DNA of 32,000 bases, taken from Promethearchaeum syntrophicum. Lineage in GTDB: Archaea; Asgardarchaeota; Lokiarchaeia; Sigyniarchaeales; Promethearchaeaceae. The translations under genes were made by a program, and so were the position numbers. Below, in pieces: positions 19,647-27,807 of the stretch. Location: the NCBI RefSeq assembly GCF_008000775.2, contig NZ_CP042905.2:3840001-3872000 (forward strand), in the 5' to 3' direction. How positions within the stretch are numbered: the stretch's first letter is position 1; each line of letters begins with the position of its first letter. The notes under the pieces are model-generated. The model ran no database searches. It was not told where the DNA came from and worked only from the letters and a program-made list of their open reading frames with translations.

Positions 19647-20506
19647 TTAATTTCTATTTTTCCTTGCACTTAAAAGTAAACCTCCAGCATATATTGCTCC
19701 AACACCTAATATTTCTTTCTGTTTATCAAATTCCTCTACGAAATTAAGAAAATCCAGATAGTTTTCTTGATTTAAGATTAATTTTTTTAACAATTCAACA
19801 TTCATAAATCTCGCAAAAGTTCCGGGTGCTGATATTCGCATTACTTGGCATCCATTTTCTCTAACTAAGATTTCCAACTCTTGAGGTGTGAAAGCATGCC
19901 AACTGGGCATTAACCCAGGTTCCAGCTTTTTCATTTCTTCATCAACCAGTAAAGTCCCAGTTCTATATATTTCTTTTATTGTTTTTAATTTTCCAAAATA
20001 TTCTAAATCAAATCCTCCTGCATCTTCTAAAATTACTCCATATTTATTGACCACACATAAAATAATTTTAGATTTTGATATCCGAATAAGCTCTTTTATT
20101 ACTTCAATATAATTGTCATAACAAAAAGAAAGTGGGGAATCCAAACAAAGTACAATATCAAATGTATTATCATCATAATCAAAGCCTTGGGAAATATCAG
20201 ATTTTATGAAAATAATATTTTCACTGATTTCAGGATTGATTCTTTGATTTGCGATTTCAATCATTTCCGTTGAAATATCAATGTGTACAACTTTATGACT
20301 GCTTCTGCCAAAGGTATTGAAAATCGACCTGGTCCAGCACCTGCATCAAGAATTTTCAAGTTTTTACGGGAATCTATGCATTTGTAAATTTCTCTCCACA
20401 ATAAATCAGAATGAACTTGTTTTCGGGGATCGTTCTCTCTTTCAAGTTCCCTTTCTGCTTTCTGATCCCAATATTCTTCATGCCCCGTCATTAATCTTAT
20501 CCTCAA
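19647..20506 (-). pseudogene. Class I SAM-dependent methyltransferase interrupted by a 1-nt frameshift (track ORFs 20261..20506 and 19647..20264)
   Basis: The upstream ORF carries motif I, ILDAGAGPGRFSIPLAEA. Shifting frame at ~20297-20302 reads SHKVVHIDISTEMIEIANQR..., continuous with the downstream ORF (FDIVLCLDSPLSF is motif II/III). Confidence 0.75.
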
Positions 20507-20523
20507 AATAACTTGGAATAAAA

Positions 20524-21357
20524 TTATACAGAAGTTTTAATTCTTGAAGAAATGCCTGGAAAAACTTCTACATAATTATCATAAATCATCTTTTGGAGTG
20601 CTTCTTCATTCACCTTATCTGCAAAGAGCTCAATAGTATTACTTACCCCAAATATCGAGCTATCGTGAATTCCAAGCCCTGAATCAAGTATAATGCGATT
20701 TTCATAAGAAAAACTTTGAAACATTTGCAATGCCTCTTCAGGACTTATCGCTTGTTGCCCTACAGTTAGTCCTACTTTAATATCGTCATTATGACTCCGA
20801 ATTACCAATTGTAAAGTATCCTTATCGCAATGATCTACTATTGCGCGATCAATTTTCGCTTTTTTCAATTCCTTTAAAATGATAGAAGTGAGGGCTACCT
20901 TATCATATTTGGGGGATTGAACTATAACCGGAAGATCATATTTCTGAGCAATGCTCAATTGTCGTTTAAAGGCCATATACTCCTCTTTAGTTCCACGACC
21001 CATACCAATTTCTCCAATTCCAATTGCTTTCTTGTCACTTAAAAATTCATCCAAAAATAATAACGCTTCATCCATGATTTTTGTATTCATTGAATGAGCA
21101 GGCGGAATTCCGATTACGGGATGCATTCTTAAACCATATTTCTCACATCGCTTGATTTCTTCATTACAAAGCCAATTAAAGAAATCATAATAACTACGTC
21201 CACTTGAAAGGGGTGTTTCTTGGGGAAGGACTAACGAACTAATCACATCTCGAATTCCCATATGTCTAAACATTTTAAGGTCACCTACTGTACGATAAAT
21301 CGAATGTACAACATCAATTCGGCTTCCTGGTTGTGCAATAAATTTTTTTCGGAACAT
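20524..21357 (-). CDS. TIM-barrel metal-dependent hydrolase (TatD-related/amidohydrolase superfamily-like)
   Basis: AIGIGEIGMG, LPVIVQSP and IVDHCD resemble TatD/COG1099-type motifs, but the N-terminal HxH is not evident. Confidence 0.45.
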   Translation of the reverse strand: MFRKKFIAQPGSRIDVVHSIYRTVGDLKMFRHMGIRDVISSLVLPQETPLSSGRSYYDFFNWLCNEEIKRCEKYGLRMHPVIGIPPAHSMNTKIMDEALLFLDEFLSDKKAIGIGEIGMGRGTKEEYMAFKRQLSIAQKYDLPVIVQSPKYDKVALTSIILKELKKAKIDRAIVDHCDKDTLQLVIRSHNDDIKVGLTVGQQAISPEEALQMFQSFSYENRIILDSGLGIHDSSIFGVSNTIELFADKVNEEALQKMIYDNYVEVFPGISSRIKTSV

Positions 21358-21472
21358 TGTATCTCTAGTTAATATTTTAGCGTGTTAAAATAAATATTTG
21401 GTGTTTCAAAAGGAAAAATTATCCGAGTTTTAAAAAATCGGAAAAAAAAAAAGTGCCTTTAAATTATATCGA

Positions 21473-22204
21473 TTAGGACTCATTCTCTAACGGTTTTTCT
21501 TTTTTTTCCATTTTATAATTAACAATAAATCGATCTAAATACATAAAGGGGGTATCTAATACTCCAAAGAACCATTTCGTAATCAATTGACCGAGAATTG
21601 TAATCCCTACAATATCCCATTGAGAAGGAGAAGAAAATACTCCAAAAGCAAGTGTTACAAAAATAACAGAATCCAATGCTAACATCGGAATATCGCTTAA
21701 AACACTGCGTACCCATAACATTTTGCCTTTAGTCCATTTTTTAATTTTTTGATAAAGCCACGCATCTAAATTCTCTGTTAGCAAATAAGATATCCAACTT
21801 GCACCTGTAATAGCAATACTCTGATTAAAAATTGATAACCATTGATCATTATCAACCCACCAAAAGCCAGCCGGCTCTAAGGAATTCCCAAACCAAATGA
21901 AAATGACCATCAAAATTTGAGTTAAGAAGGCGATAAAAATCATTTTATGAGTTTCTTTTTGACCAAAATGTTCATTCATGGTATCGGTTAGTTGGAATGT
22001 AAAAGGAAAGATAATCACAGCAGCTGGAGCTGTCCAATTCCAAAAAACCGCGATTTTCGCAGCTAAGATTTGAGATAAAGCAATATAAACTACATAAACT
22101 GCAATAATCACATCGGATTTATTGTATTTCCGAATATACAAGGCGATGAAACTTGTCGATAAAAATAGTGACAAGACCCAAAATACTAAAATTAAGTAAT
22201 CCAT
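21473..22204 (-). CDS. YhhQ/VUT-family (COG1738) queuosine/archaeosine-precursor transporter
   Basis: A six-to-seven-TM protein with IIFPFTFQLTDTMNEHFGQKETHKMIFIAF, which is characteristic of the YhhQ family. Confidence 0.7.
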   Translation of the reverse strand: MDYLILVFWVLSLFLSTSFIALYIRKYNKSDVIIAVYVVYIALSQILAAKIAVFWNWTAPAAVIIFPFTFQLTDTMNEHFGQKETHKMIFIAFLTQILMVIFIWFGNSLEPAGFWWVDNDQWLSIFNQSIAITGASWISYLLTENLDAWLYQKIKKWTKGKMLWVRSVLSDIPMLALDSVIFVTLAFGVFSSPSQWDIVGITILGQLITKWFFGVLDTPFMYLDRFIVNYKMEKKEKPLENES

Positions 22205-22270
22205 AGTTAAAACCTACCAGTTACCACTGGGAAACCTCCGACTCGATTTATAGGTTTAATATCGAGTGCG
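22205..22270 (-). promoter_or_regulatory. Structured 5' leader of the YhhQ-family gene (two hairpins plus pseudoknot potential); candidate cis-regulatory RNA
   Basis: The minus-strand RNA reads ACUCGAU-AUUAAACCUAUAA-AUCGAGU (7-bp stem; 22241-22247 pairs with 22261-22267). A second hairpin is CCAGU-GGUA-ACUGG (22217-22230). The loop AAACCUA is complementary to UAGGUUU (22210-22216), just 5' of the AUG, and also to AGGUUU (22232-22237). Confidence 0.35.
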
Positions 22271-22462
22271 CGATTTTGAGGGTTAATTCTGTAAAATCTT
22301 GATTGATAAAAAAACCTTTCATTTCACAGGTTAATCGATTAATAATTTCTATTTCTCTCAATTTTGAATAAAATTATATTTTTTTTTATTTTCAAGGATT
22401 CAATGATACGGAAGAATAAAAAAAGAATTTATCTTTTAAGATCTCTAAGAAAAGGAAGGTAG

Positions 22463-23287
22463 ATGAGAAAAATGAAATTAACAAGAAAAGAGGTAGGTGA
22501 ACTAGGACTCTATGATTTTCAGAGTTACATAGGAGCAATGAATCAGCCTACTTTTGGTGGAAGACACGGTACCTTAAATCTAATTAAAAATTTAGGTATT
22601 CCCGAAAAATCATTACAAAAAAAAATATCAATTTTAGAAATTGCATGCTCTACCGGATATAATACCTGCGAAATTGCTCAAAAATACAATTGTGATATCA
22701 TTGGGATAGATATTTCCGAAATTTCAATTGTTCTGGCTAGAGAAAGGAAAAAAAAACTACATCTTGATAATTGCGAATTCAAAATTGCTGATGCAATGAA
22801 TCTCCCTTTTGATGATAATACTTTTGATATTGTATTTGCTGAAGCTATCATAGCTTTATTACCTGAAAAAGGAAAAATTTTGCATGAAATTATGCGGGTG
22901 ACAAAACCCGGCGGGTGTGTGGGTACTTTGGAGGCTTTTATAAGGTCAGGAACTTCGGAAGAAATTCTGATGGAAATTAATAATGTGATGACAACCGTTA
23001 TGGGTTTTCCTATTGCGATTAAAAATTTGGATGCATGGAAGGAACTCTTTGCAGAGACAAAACTGAAAAACATTCAAATTCAGGATTATTATGATTCGGT
23101 CTTTGATCGTTCATATAAATTTTGGGAAACCCTTTCATTCTCGATGAAATTAATTTATTATTTGATTACTAACAAAAAAATTCGGCAAAAAATAATGCCT
23201 ACCATGAAACTGGCAAGAAAAATGATTAATAAAAATAGTCCAATTATTCGTAATTTGGGATATTTTATCTTTACAGGAGAAAAATGA
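22463..23287 (+). CDS. Class I SAM-dependent methyltransferase (Methyltransf_11-like)
   Basis: Motif I is ILEIACSTGYNT, the post-I motif is IIGIDIS, and FDIVFAEA and TKPGG are also present. An SD-like GGAAGGT lies upstream. Confidence 0.8.
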   Translation: MRKMKLTRKEVGELGLYDFQSYIGAMNQPTFGGRHGTLNLIKNLGIPEKSLQKKISILEIACSTGYNTCEIAQKYNCDIIGIDISEISIVLARERKKKLHLDNCEFKIADAMNLPFDDNTFDIVFAEAIIALLPEKGKILHEIMRVTKPGGCVGTLEAFIRSGTSEEILMEINNVMTTVMGFPIAIKNLDAWKELFAETKLKNIQIQDYYDSVFDRSYKFWETLSFSMKLIYYLITNKKIRQKIMPTMKLARKMINKNSPIIRNLGYFIFTGEK

Positions 23288-23321
23288 GGATTATGTACTT
23301 TTAAAGATGATGGATAAAAAG

Positions 23322-23403
23322 CGCACCCGAGGGGATTTGAACCCCCGAGCATTTTCATGCACTGGATTTCCAGTCCAGCGTCGTACGACTAGGCTACAGG
23401 TGC
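23322..23403 (-). tRNA. tRNA-Ser (anticodon GGA), class II with a long variable arm
   Basis: Hand fold. Acceptor GCACCUG/CGGGUGC with discriminator G. Anticodon stem CUGGA/UCCAG with loop CUGGAAA. Variable arm GCAU-GAAA-AUGC. T arm GGGGG-UUCAAAU-CCCCU. No encoded CCA. Confidence 0.85.
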
Positions 23404-23426
23404 AAAAAGTAAAAAATGGGAAGGAA

Positions 23427-23435
23427 TTTAAAAAA
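23427..23435 (-). promoter_or_regulatory. TATA-box-like element upstream of tRNA-Ser
   Basis: The minus strand reads TTTTTAAAT, centred ~28 nt upstream of the tRNA 5' end, which fits archaeal TATA spacing. Confidence 0.35.
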
Positions 23436-23451
23436 ATCCTTGTTCTTAATA

Positions 23452-23733
23452 TTATAGATCTAATTTAATTCGATTTTCAAATTTTTCGGTTAAATTAGCT
23501 TTTTCAATTGCTTTACGTACATCTTGAGATTTTGCTCCCTTTTTGATATCAATTTTTTCAGGAGTTGGGGCAAGATGGCGGACATTTACTCTTCGGCGGC
23601 GAATTTTCAATCCATCGATTAAAACAAAGCTTCGATCAATAATATCTACGATCACGCATGATAATCCTGCTTCACGACCAAGAGTTTTAACTACAACACG
23701 ACCTATTTCGAATACTGGCATATTTTGAAACAC
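23452..23733 (-). CDS. rpl14e: 50S ribosomal protein L14e
   Basis: MPVFEIGRVVVKTLGREAGLSCVIVDIID...RRRRVNVRHL is a KOW-type L14e. The start is probably the second Met, at 23721. Confidence 0.9.
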   Translation of the reverse strand: MFQNMPVFEIGRVVVKTLGREAGLSCVIVDIIDRSFVLIDGLKIRRRRVNVRHLAPTPEKIDIKKGAKSQDVRKAIEKANLTEKFENRIKLDL

Positions 23734-23872
23734 CTATTTGTGTTACCACATTTAGTTTACACTGGATTATGCCAAAACAACGTTTGGTAAAATCCTAATG
23801 TTTCATAAGTGTCCGAAAACACTTAAGAATGGTTTGAAAAAGGTAGCAAAAATTAAAAAATTTGTTATTTTA

Positions 23873-24436
23873 TTATGGCTCTTTTTCCTTCATCGAACGC
23901 ACAATACCTTCAATCGCAAGTATGCAAATTTTAGATATTTCTTCTATGTTTAACTTTGTTGTATCAATAATAAGATTGAAAGTCTTAAGTATTGTTGAGG
24001 GATCCAATATATCGAGATTGTATATTTGGATGAATCTTTCACGCTCACTTTTTTCACGTGCAATTGTTTCTTTTTGCTGGTTTTTCAAAGATCTATTATC
24101 TCGAGATGCCATTCGTTCCAATCTTACATCTTCATCACAAGTTAGTAATACACAAAAATCTTTTAATTCCCCTAGCATATAAGTTGGTAATTGCCCCTCA
24201 AAAACATATGAATTGCCCGTTTCAGCCAAAAGTCTAATTTTTGCATCAAGCAATCGATCTATTTCAAAATGGTCCTCGGAATAACGAGAAAATTCTTCTA
24301 AAGTCATTTTCTTCAATTTTGCCAATTCCCGAAAAGCCATACCGGTCGAGTAAAAAGTGAATTTGAAATAATTTGCAATTTTTTTTGCAATCGTACTTTT
24401 TCCAGTTCCATGGAGACCTGCAAATGAAATTATCAT
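23873..24436 (-). CDS. cmk: Archaeal-type cytidylate kinase
   Basis: P-loop GLHGTGKST and collinearity with archaeal Cmk. It sits between L34e and L14e, as in many archaea. Confidence 0.85.
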   Translation of the reverse strand: MIISFAGLHGTGKSTIAKKIANYFKFTFYSTGMAFRELAKLKKMTLEEFSRYSEDHFEIDRLLDAKIRLLAETGNSYVFEGQLPTYMLGELKDFCVLLTCDEDVRLERMASRDNRSLKNQQKETIAREKSERERFIQIYNLDILDPSTILKTFNLIIDTTKLNIEEISKICILAIEGIVRSMKEKEP

Positions 24437-24512
24437 TATAATGATGACTATGAAATTGAAAATAAAAATGTGAAGAAATAATGAAGAAGAAAATGAAAAA
24501 TAAAAATAAAAA

Positions 24513-24794
24513 TTATTGTTTAGAAAATTGTTCTAAAACTTTTGCTTGAATTGCATTTGATAAAGCTTTATGAGAAATTCTCCCACCGTACGGTCTATTA
24601 GGTCGTCTTTGAGTTTTACCTAATTTTCCTAATTGAGCGGGTCGTAATCTGGGAACTCCATGTAATTTAACATTTGTTACTGGGCAATGAGCATGTTTTG
24701 GTCTTCTTCGGATATAATGAATTCTCATTATGTTGCCGGGTAATCTGGTTTTAATTCGCGCTTCAGAATGTGAACGTTTTGATGGTCTAACCAT
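24513..24794 (-). CDS. rpl34e: 50S ribosomal protein L34e
   Basis: MVRPSKRSHSEARIKTRLPGN...HCPVTNVKLHGVPRLRP...RPYGG matches L34e. Confidence 0.92.
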   Translation of the reverse strand: MVRPSKRSHSEARIKTRLPGNIMRIHYIRRRPKHAHCPVTNVKLHGVPRLRPAQLGKLGKTQRRPNRPYGGRISHKALSNAIQAKVLEQFSKQ

Positions 24795-24919
24795 TTTTTA
24801 TCAACTTTACTCCATAAGCTTTTTCGCTTCGAGATAGGAGAAAAAAACTTGCATAAAATATTAAATTTTCTATTTTTTCAGTTTTAGACACTTTGTTTAA
24901 AAGTAAATTTGATATAATT

Positions 24920-25045
24920 GATGCAATGACTAATTCAATCATGCAAATTTTATGAAATCCCTAAATAATGTTTAAATTCCTTATATATATCATAGACAAC
25001 ATCTTCGAATTCTGAAATTAAGGATTTGATCGAAGATTGATTAAA
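24920..25045 (-). repeat. Direct-repeat copy A: an orphan fragment duplicating the last ~25 codons plus the 3' flank of the gene at 25983..26645
   Basis: The 106-nt core at 24926-25031 aligns to 25959-26064 with 7 mismatches (manual alignment). On the minus strand it reads ...[26 protein letters not shown], with an in-frame stop a few codons upstream and no start codon. Confidence 0.85.
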
Positions 25046-25120
25046 ATTGTTTGATTAAATCAACATCGCTAAAAAGTGGTACCTTCATATTTTTATACCA
25101 ACCCATTCTAATGATTAATT

Positions 25121-25639
25121 ATGAAAATTTGGATTATTTACGATTCTAAATTTGGTAGTAATAAACATGTTGCTACGTTAATGCAAGAATTATTGAGCCC
25201 CAACCACGAAGTCCAGGTTGCATATGCAAAAAGAATTAGCCCAAAAGCCGTATTAGCCACAGATCCCGACGCGTTGCTGTTCGGAGGTCCTCGCAGGATA
25301 GGTAATATCAGTTATACAATTCGATCATGGGTAAAACGGTATGCAAAAACTCTACAAAGGAAACAGAGACGTATGAAAAAAATCGCTGCTTGGGAGACTC
25401 GGGGTGAAATGAAGCCCGAAACGGCTAATGCAGAATCGAAAATGGAACGCAATATTTACGAAAAAAATCTGAAGACAAGGGAACTCTGGGTAAATCTCAT
25501 AGAAAAGGTTCCAGTCGAACAACTTCCGCAAGAACTGTTAAGTTTGAATATAATAAATGAAACTTCTTTAGGGAATGGTCAACTTGAGCCGGAATATGAA
25601 TCGAAAGTCCGTGCTTTTATACAGGAGTTTGAAGCTTAA
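25121..25639 (+). CDS. Flavodoxin-fold protein (hypothetical)
   Basis: The N-terminus MKIWIIYDSKFGSNKHVATLMQELL resembles the first strand and phosphate-binding loop of a flavodoxin-like fold. The gene looks richer in G/C than its neighbours (for example 25261-25300). Confidence 0.45.
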   Translation: MKIWIIYDSKFGSNKHVATLMQELLSPNHEVQVAYAKRISPKAVLATDPDALLFGGPRRIGNISYTIRSWVKRYAKTLQRKQRRMKKIAAWETRGEMKPETANAESKMERNIYEKNLKTRELWVNLIEKVPVEQLPQELLSLNIINETSLGNGQLEPEYESKVRAFIQEFEA

Positions 25640-25952
25640 GAGAAATTACCAACTTGCACCATTTTTTTTTGCTTCCATTTTCCTTTGATGAAATGAGACT
25701 AAGTATTTTATATAAGCCATTTTCTTAGAATAAAAACAAAAACAAGTTTTTTTGCTCTATCTACATTGATTTTATGTACATTTTTACGACTTAAACCCAC
25801 CAATAATCGAAAGCGAGGAAAAGTGCCAGAAGGGTTTACAGGAATTTTCGTGCGTCTATGAGATAGTAAAATGTTTAGCCACTTAATTCTTCGACGACAA
25901 TGCTCTTATCGACAAAATAACAAGGATTATTTTAAATTTAATTAAAAATTTA

Positions 25953-26078
25953 GATGTTATGACTAATTCAATCATGATAATTCTAAGAAATCCCTAAATA
26001 ATGTTTAAATTCCTTATATATATCATAGACAACATCTTCAATTTCTGAAATTAATGATTTGATCTTAGTTGGATGAGA
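25953..26078 (-). repeat. Direct-repeat copy B (the 3' end and 3' flank of the intact Vps28-like gene)
   Basis: It pairs with 24920-25045 at an offset of 1033 nt. Confidence 0.85.
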
Positions 26079-26645
26079 ATTGTGGGATATTCGAATATCT
26101 CGAAAATAATTCGGAAGTTCTTTTTCTAAATTCAAGATATGGATATAGAACGGTTCAAAAGTCTGCATCTCACTTAGGCTTTCGCGTAATTTAAAGATAT
26201 AATCCATTAATACTGGTTCGTCGAAATCCTCAATTAAATGGAGATAATCAATCAAAGTAATAAAATTGGATGTAATTTTTGTAGCCCCTGCAGCTAGTTG
26301 TACGGGGTTCATCTGCCATTTTTGTGCAAAACGATTAAAATTATAATCTTGAATGGAGGAAATAATAGTTAAAATTGGTTTTAAATCATTATTGACTGGA
26401 AATTTGTTAACAATATCTATCAAACTTTTATTTCTGGGTAGCAATTTTTGTTGAATTGACATCAATTCATTTTGAAAAAATCTCATCCTTTTAAAGTAAA
26501 AATCCATATCAATTAATCCAACATCGAATCTACTCTTTAAAAAATTTGCAGTTTGCAAAATCGAAAAGAGCTCTGCTTTAGATTCAATAAAATCACTATT
26601 TTTTACAGATTCTTGATAATTATTACTAGAGGGGCGTCTGAACAT
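25983..26645 (-). CDS. Helical protein collinear with eukaryotic Vps28 (candidate ESCRT-I Vps28-like)
   Basis: It is 220 aa; human VPS28 is 221 aa. Three segments align: [20 protein letters not shown] with [37 protein letters not shown] with IADVVSLFITVMDKLRL, and the C-terminal [23 protein letters not shown] with VRQMLFDLESAYNAFNRFL. The VPS28 sequence is from memory and the alignment is not computed. Confidence 0.5.
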   Translation of the reverse strand: [220 protein letters not shown]

Positions 26646-26711
26646 TCTTTCAAATCAGATAAAAAAAAGGGATTTTATGAACAAAAAAATATATGATATC
26701 TGGATGTCATT

Positions 26712-27677
26712 TCAGCTAGTAGCTCCCTGAAATAGAGCAATTAGATTTAAGTCCCCAGCTCCAATATCAGGTCGTAAAAGGATTAATAGAAAACTTAGTA
26801 TCACTCCAATGACTACATTGCCAATTAGCAATTTAGTTGTGTTAGTATTTCCAATTTCCCGTAAAGCTAAAGTTACCAGAACAGGTATCCAAAGAATAAG
26901 CGTTAATGCTTCAAGGAGATATATTATCGTCCATACTGGTGAACTAAATAAATCAGCAATTTGAGTATTATCTCTTGTTGGTAGCGCCACTAAAAGAAGC
27001 AAAAATCCAACAAAATTTATTACTATGAGTGGAGTGTATGCATATCTCATAATTTTATATTTCCCCGTCTGTTTAATCTTCTTCAAAGGTTTTTTCTGCT
27101 TTGCCCCTTCAAGTTTAATAGTATCTTCACTAATTTGCCTTTGCAGCCGTTTTTTTCCACTCATTAATTCTTTTAAAGAACCTTTTTTAGTCTGAATATT
27201 AAATCTTATAGCTAAAATTCCATCTAATTGAACCGAAAAATTAGAAGCAAGTGAAAAACTTAGATCATATACCCAGAAAATGATAGAATAATAAAGAATT
27301 GAGAATATAAATAGAACCAGAAAAATTGCTAATCCATTAAGGAATTTTTGTAAAAATGGCATTTCTGCAACAGTAACATGTATGTTTATCGCAACCCCCC
27401 ATAATCCAAAGAATAAAGCATTTATAAGAAGTATAAGAATCGTACCACTCTTTTTCTTTTTATTAATGTCAAAAAATGCCCAAGCGGGATTGTAAATCGT
27501 TTTTGCAATTCGCATTAATATTTTATCAGGTTTATACCATTTCTTTTCTGGTCGTTTAAATAAATAACTTAAGAAAGGAATTCCTTCAATTCGCTCAGTT
27601 TTTATATGGTATCCACAATTAGAACAGACATACTCATCAAGATCGCTTTCTGCACCGCAACTACTACATCGCCCCAT
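26712..27677 (-). CDS. Membrane protein with an N-terminal zinc ribbon (possibly Yip1-domain-like)
   Basis: CSSCG...CSNCG at the N-terminus is followed by IYNPAWAFFDI and about 5 TM helices, with a Lys-rich cytosolic insert between them. Confidence 0.55.
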   Translation of the reverse strand: MGRCSSCGAESDLDEYVCSNCGYHIKTERIEGIPFLSYLFKRPEKKWYKPDKILMRIAKTIYNPAWAFFDINKKKKSGTILILLINALFFGLWGVAINIHVTVAEMPFLQKFLNGLAIFLVLFIFSILYYSIIFWVYDLSFSLASNFSVQLDGILAIRFNIQTKKGSLKELMSGKKRLQRQISEDTIKLEGAKQKKPLKKIKQTGKYKIMRYAYTPLIVINFVGFLLLLVALPTRDNTQIADLFSSPVWTIIYLLEALTLILWIPVLVTLALREIGNTNTTKLLIGNVVIGVILSFLLILLRPDIGAGDLNLIALFQGATS

Positions 27678-27807
27678 TTTTTTAACACCAATTTATACCA
27701 ATTATAAATATGATTTCTTCTCTGGTAATTAATATAATATTAATATTTCCGATAAACCCTAAAAAATCTAGTATTGAAATAATACTTTCTTGGTTAAATA
27801 AAAATAA

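Noticed and set aside
19888-20511. Plus-strand ORFs 19888..20112 and 20317..20511
   Set aside because: They are antisense to the frameshifted methyltransferase.
22205-22270. Calling the YhhQ leader a preQ1-I riboswitch
   Set aside because: The preQ1-I motif as I recall it has a short P1 stem, a C-containing loop and an A-rich 3' tail. Here the tail is U-rich and the layout differs. I therefore report it only as an unclassified structured leader.
21519-23358. ORFs 21519..21716 (-), 22678..23073 (-) and 23158..23358 (-)
   Set aside because: They are alternative-frame or antisense ORFs inside the YhhQ-family and methyltransferase genes. The last one also runs into the tRNA.
23543-24182. Plus-strand ORFs 23543..23728 and 23862..24182
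   Set aside because: They are antisense to L14e and cytidylate kinase respectively.
24437-24512. C-box-like ATGATGA at ~24440, a possible C/D-box sRNA between cmk and L34e
   Set aside because: I see no matching D box (CTGA) or terminal stem within a plausible 50-70 nt. The region is otherwise simple A-rich spacer.
25780-25905. G/C-richer patch in the spacer between the flavodoxin-like gene and repeat copy B, including an AAACCC...GGGTTT inverted pair
   Set aside because: It has no start codon or long open frame on either strand and no recognisable RNA motif. It may be a coding remnant, but I cannot support a feature call.
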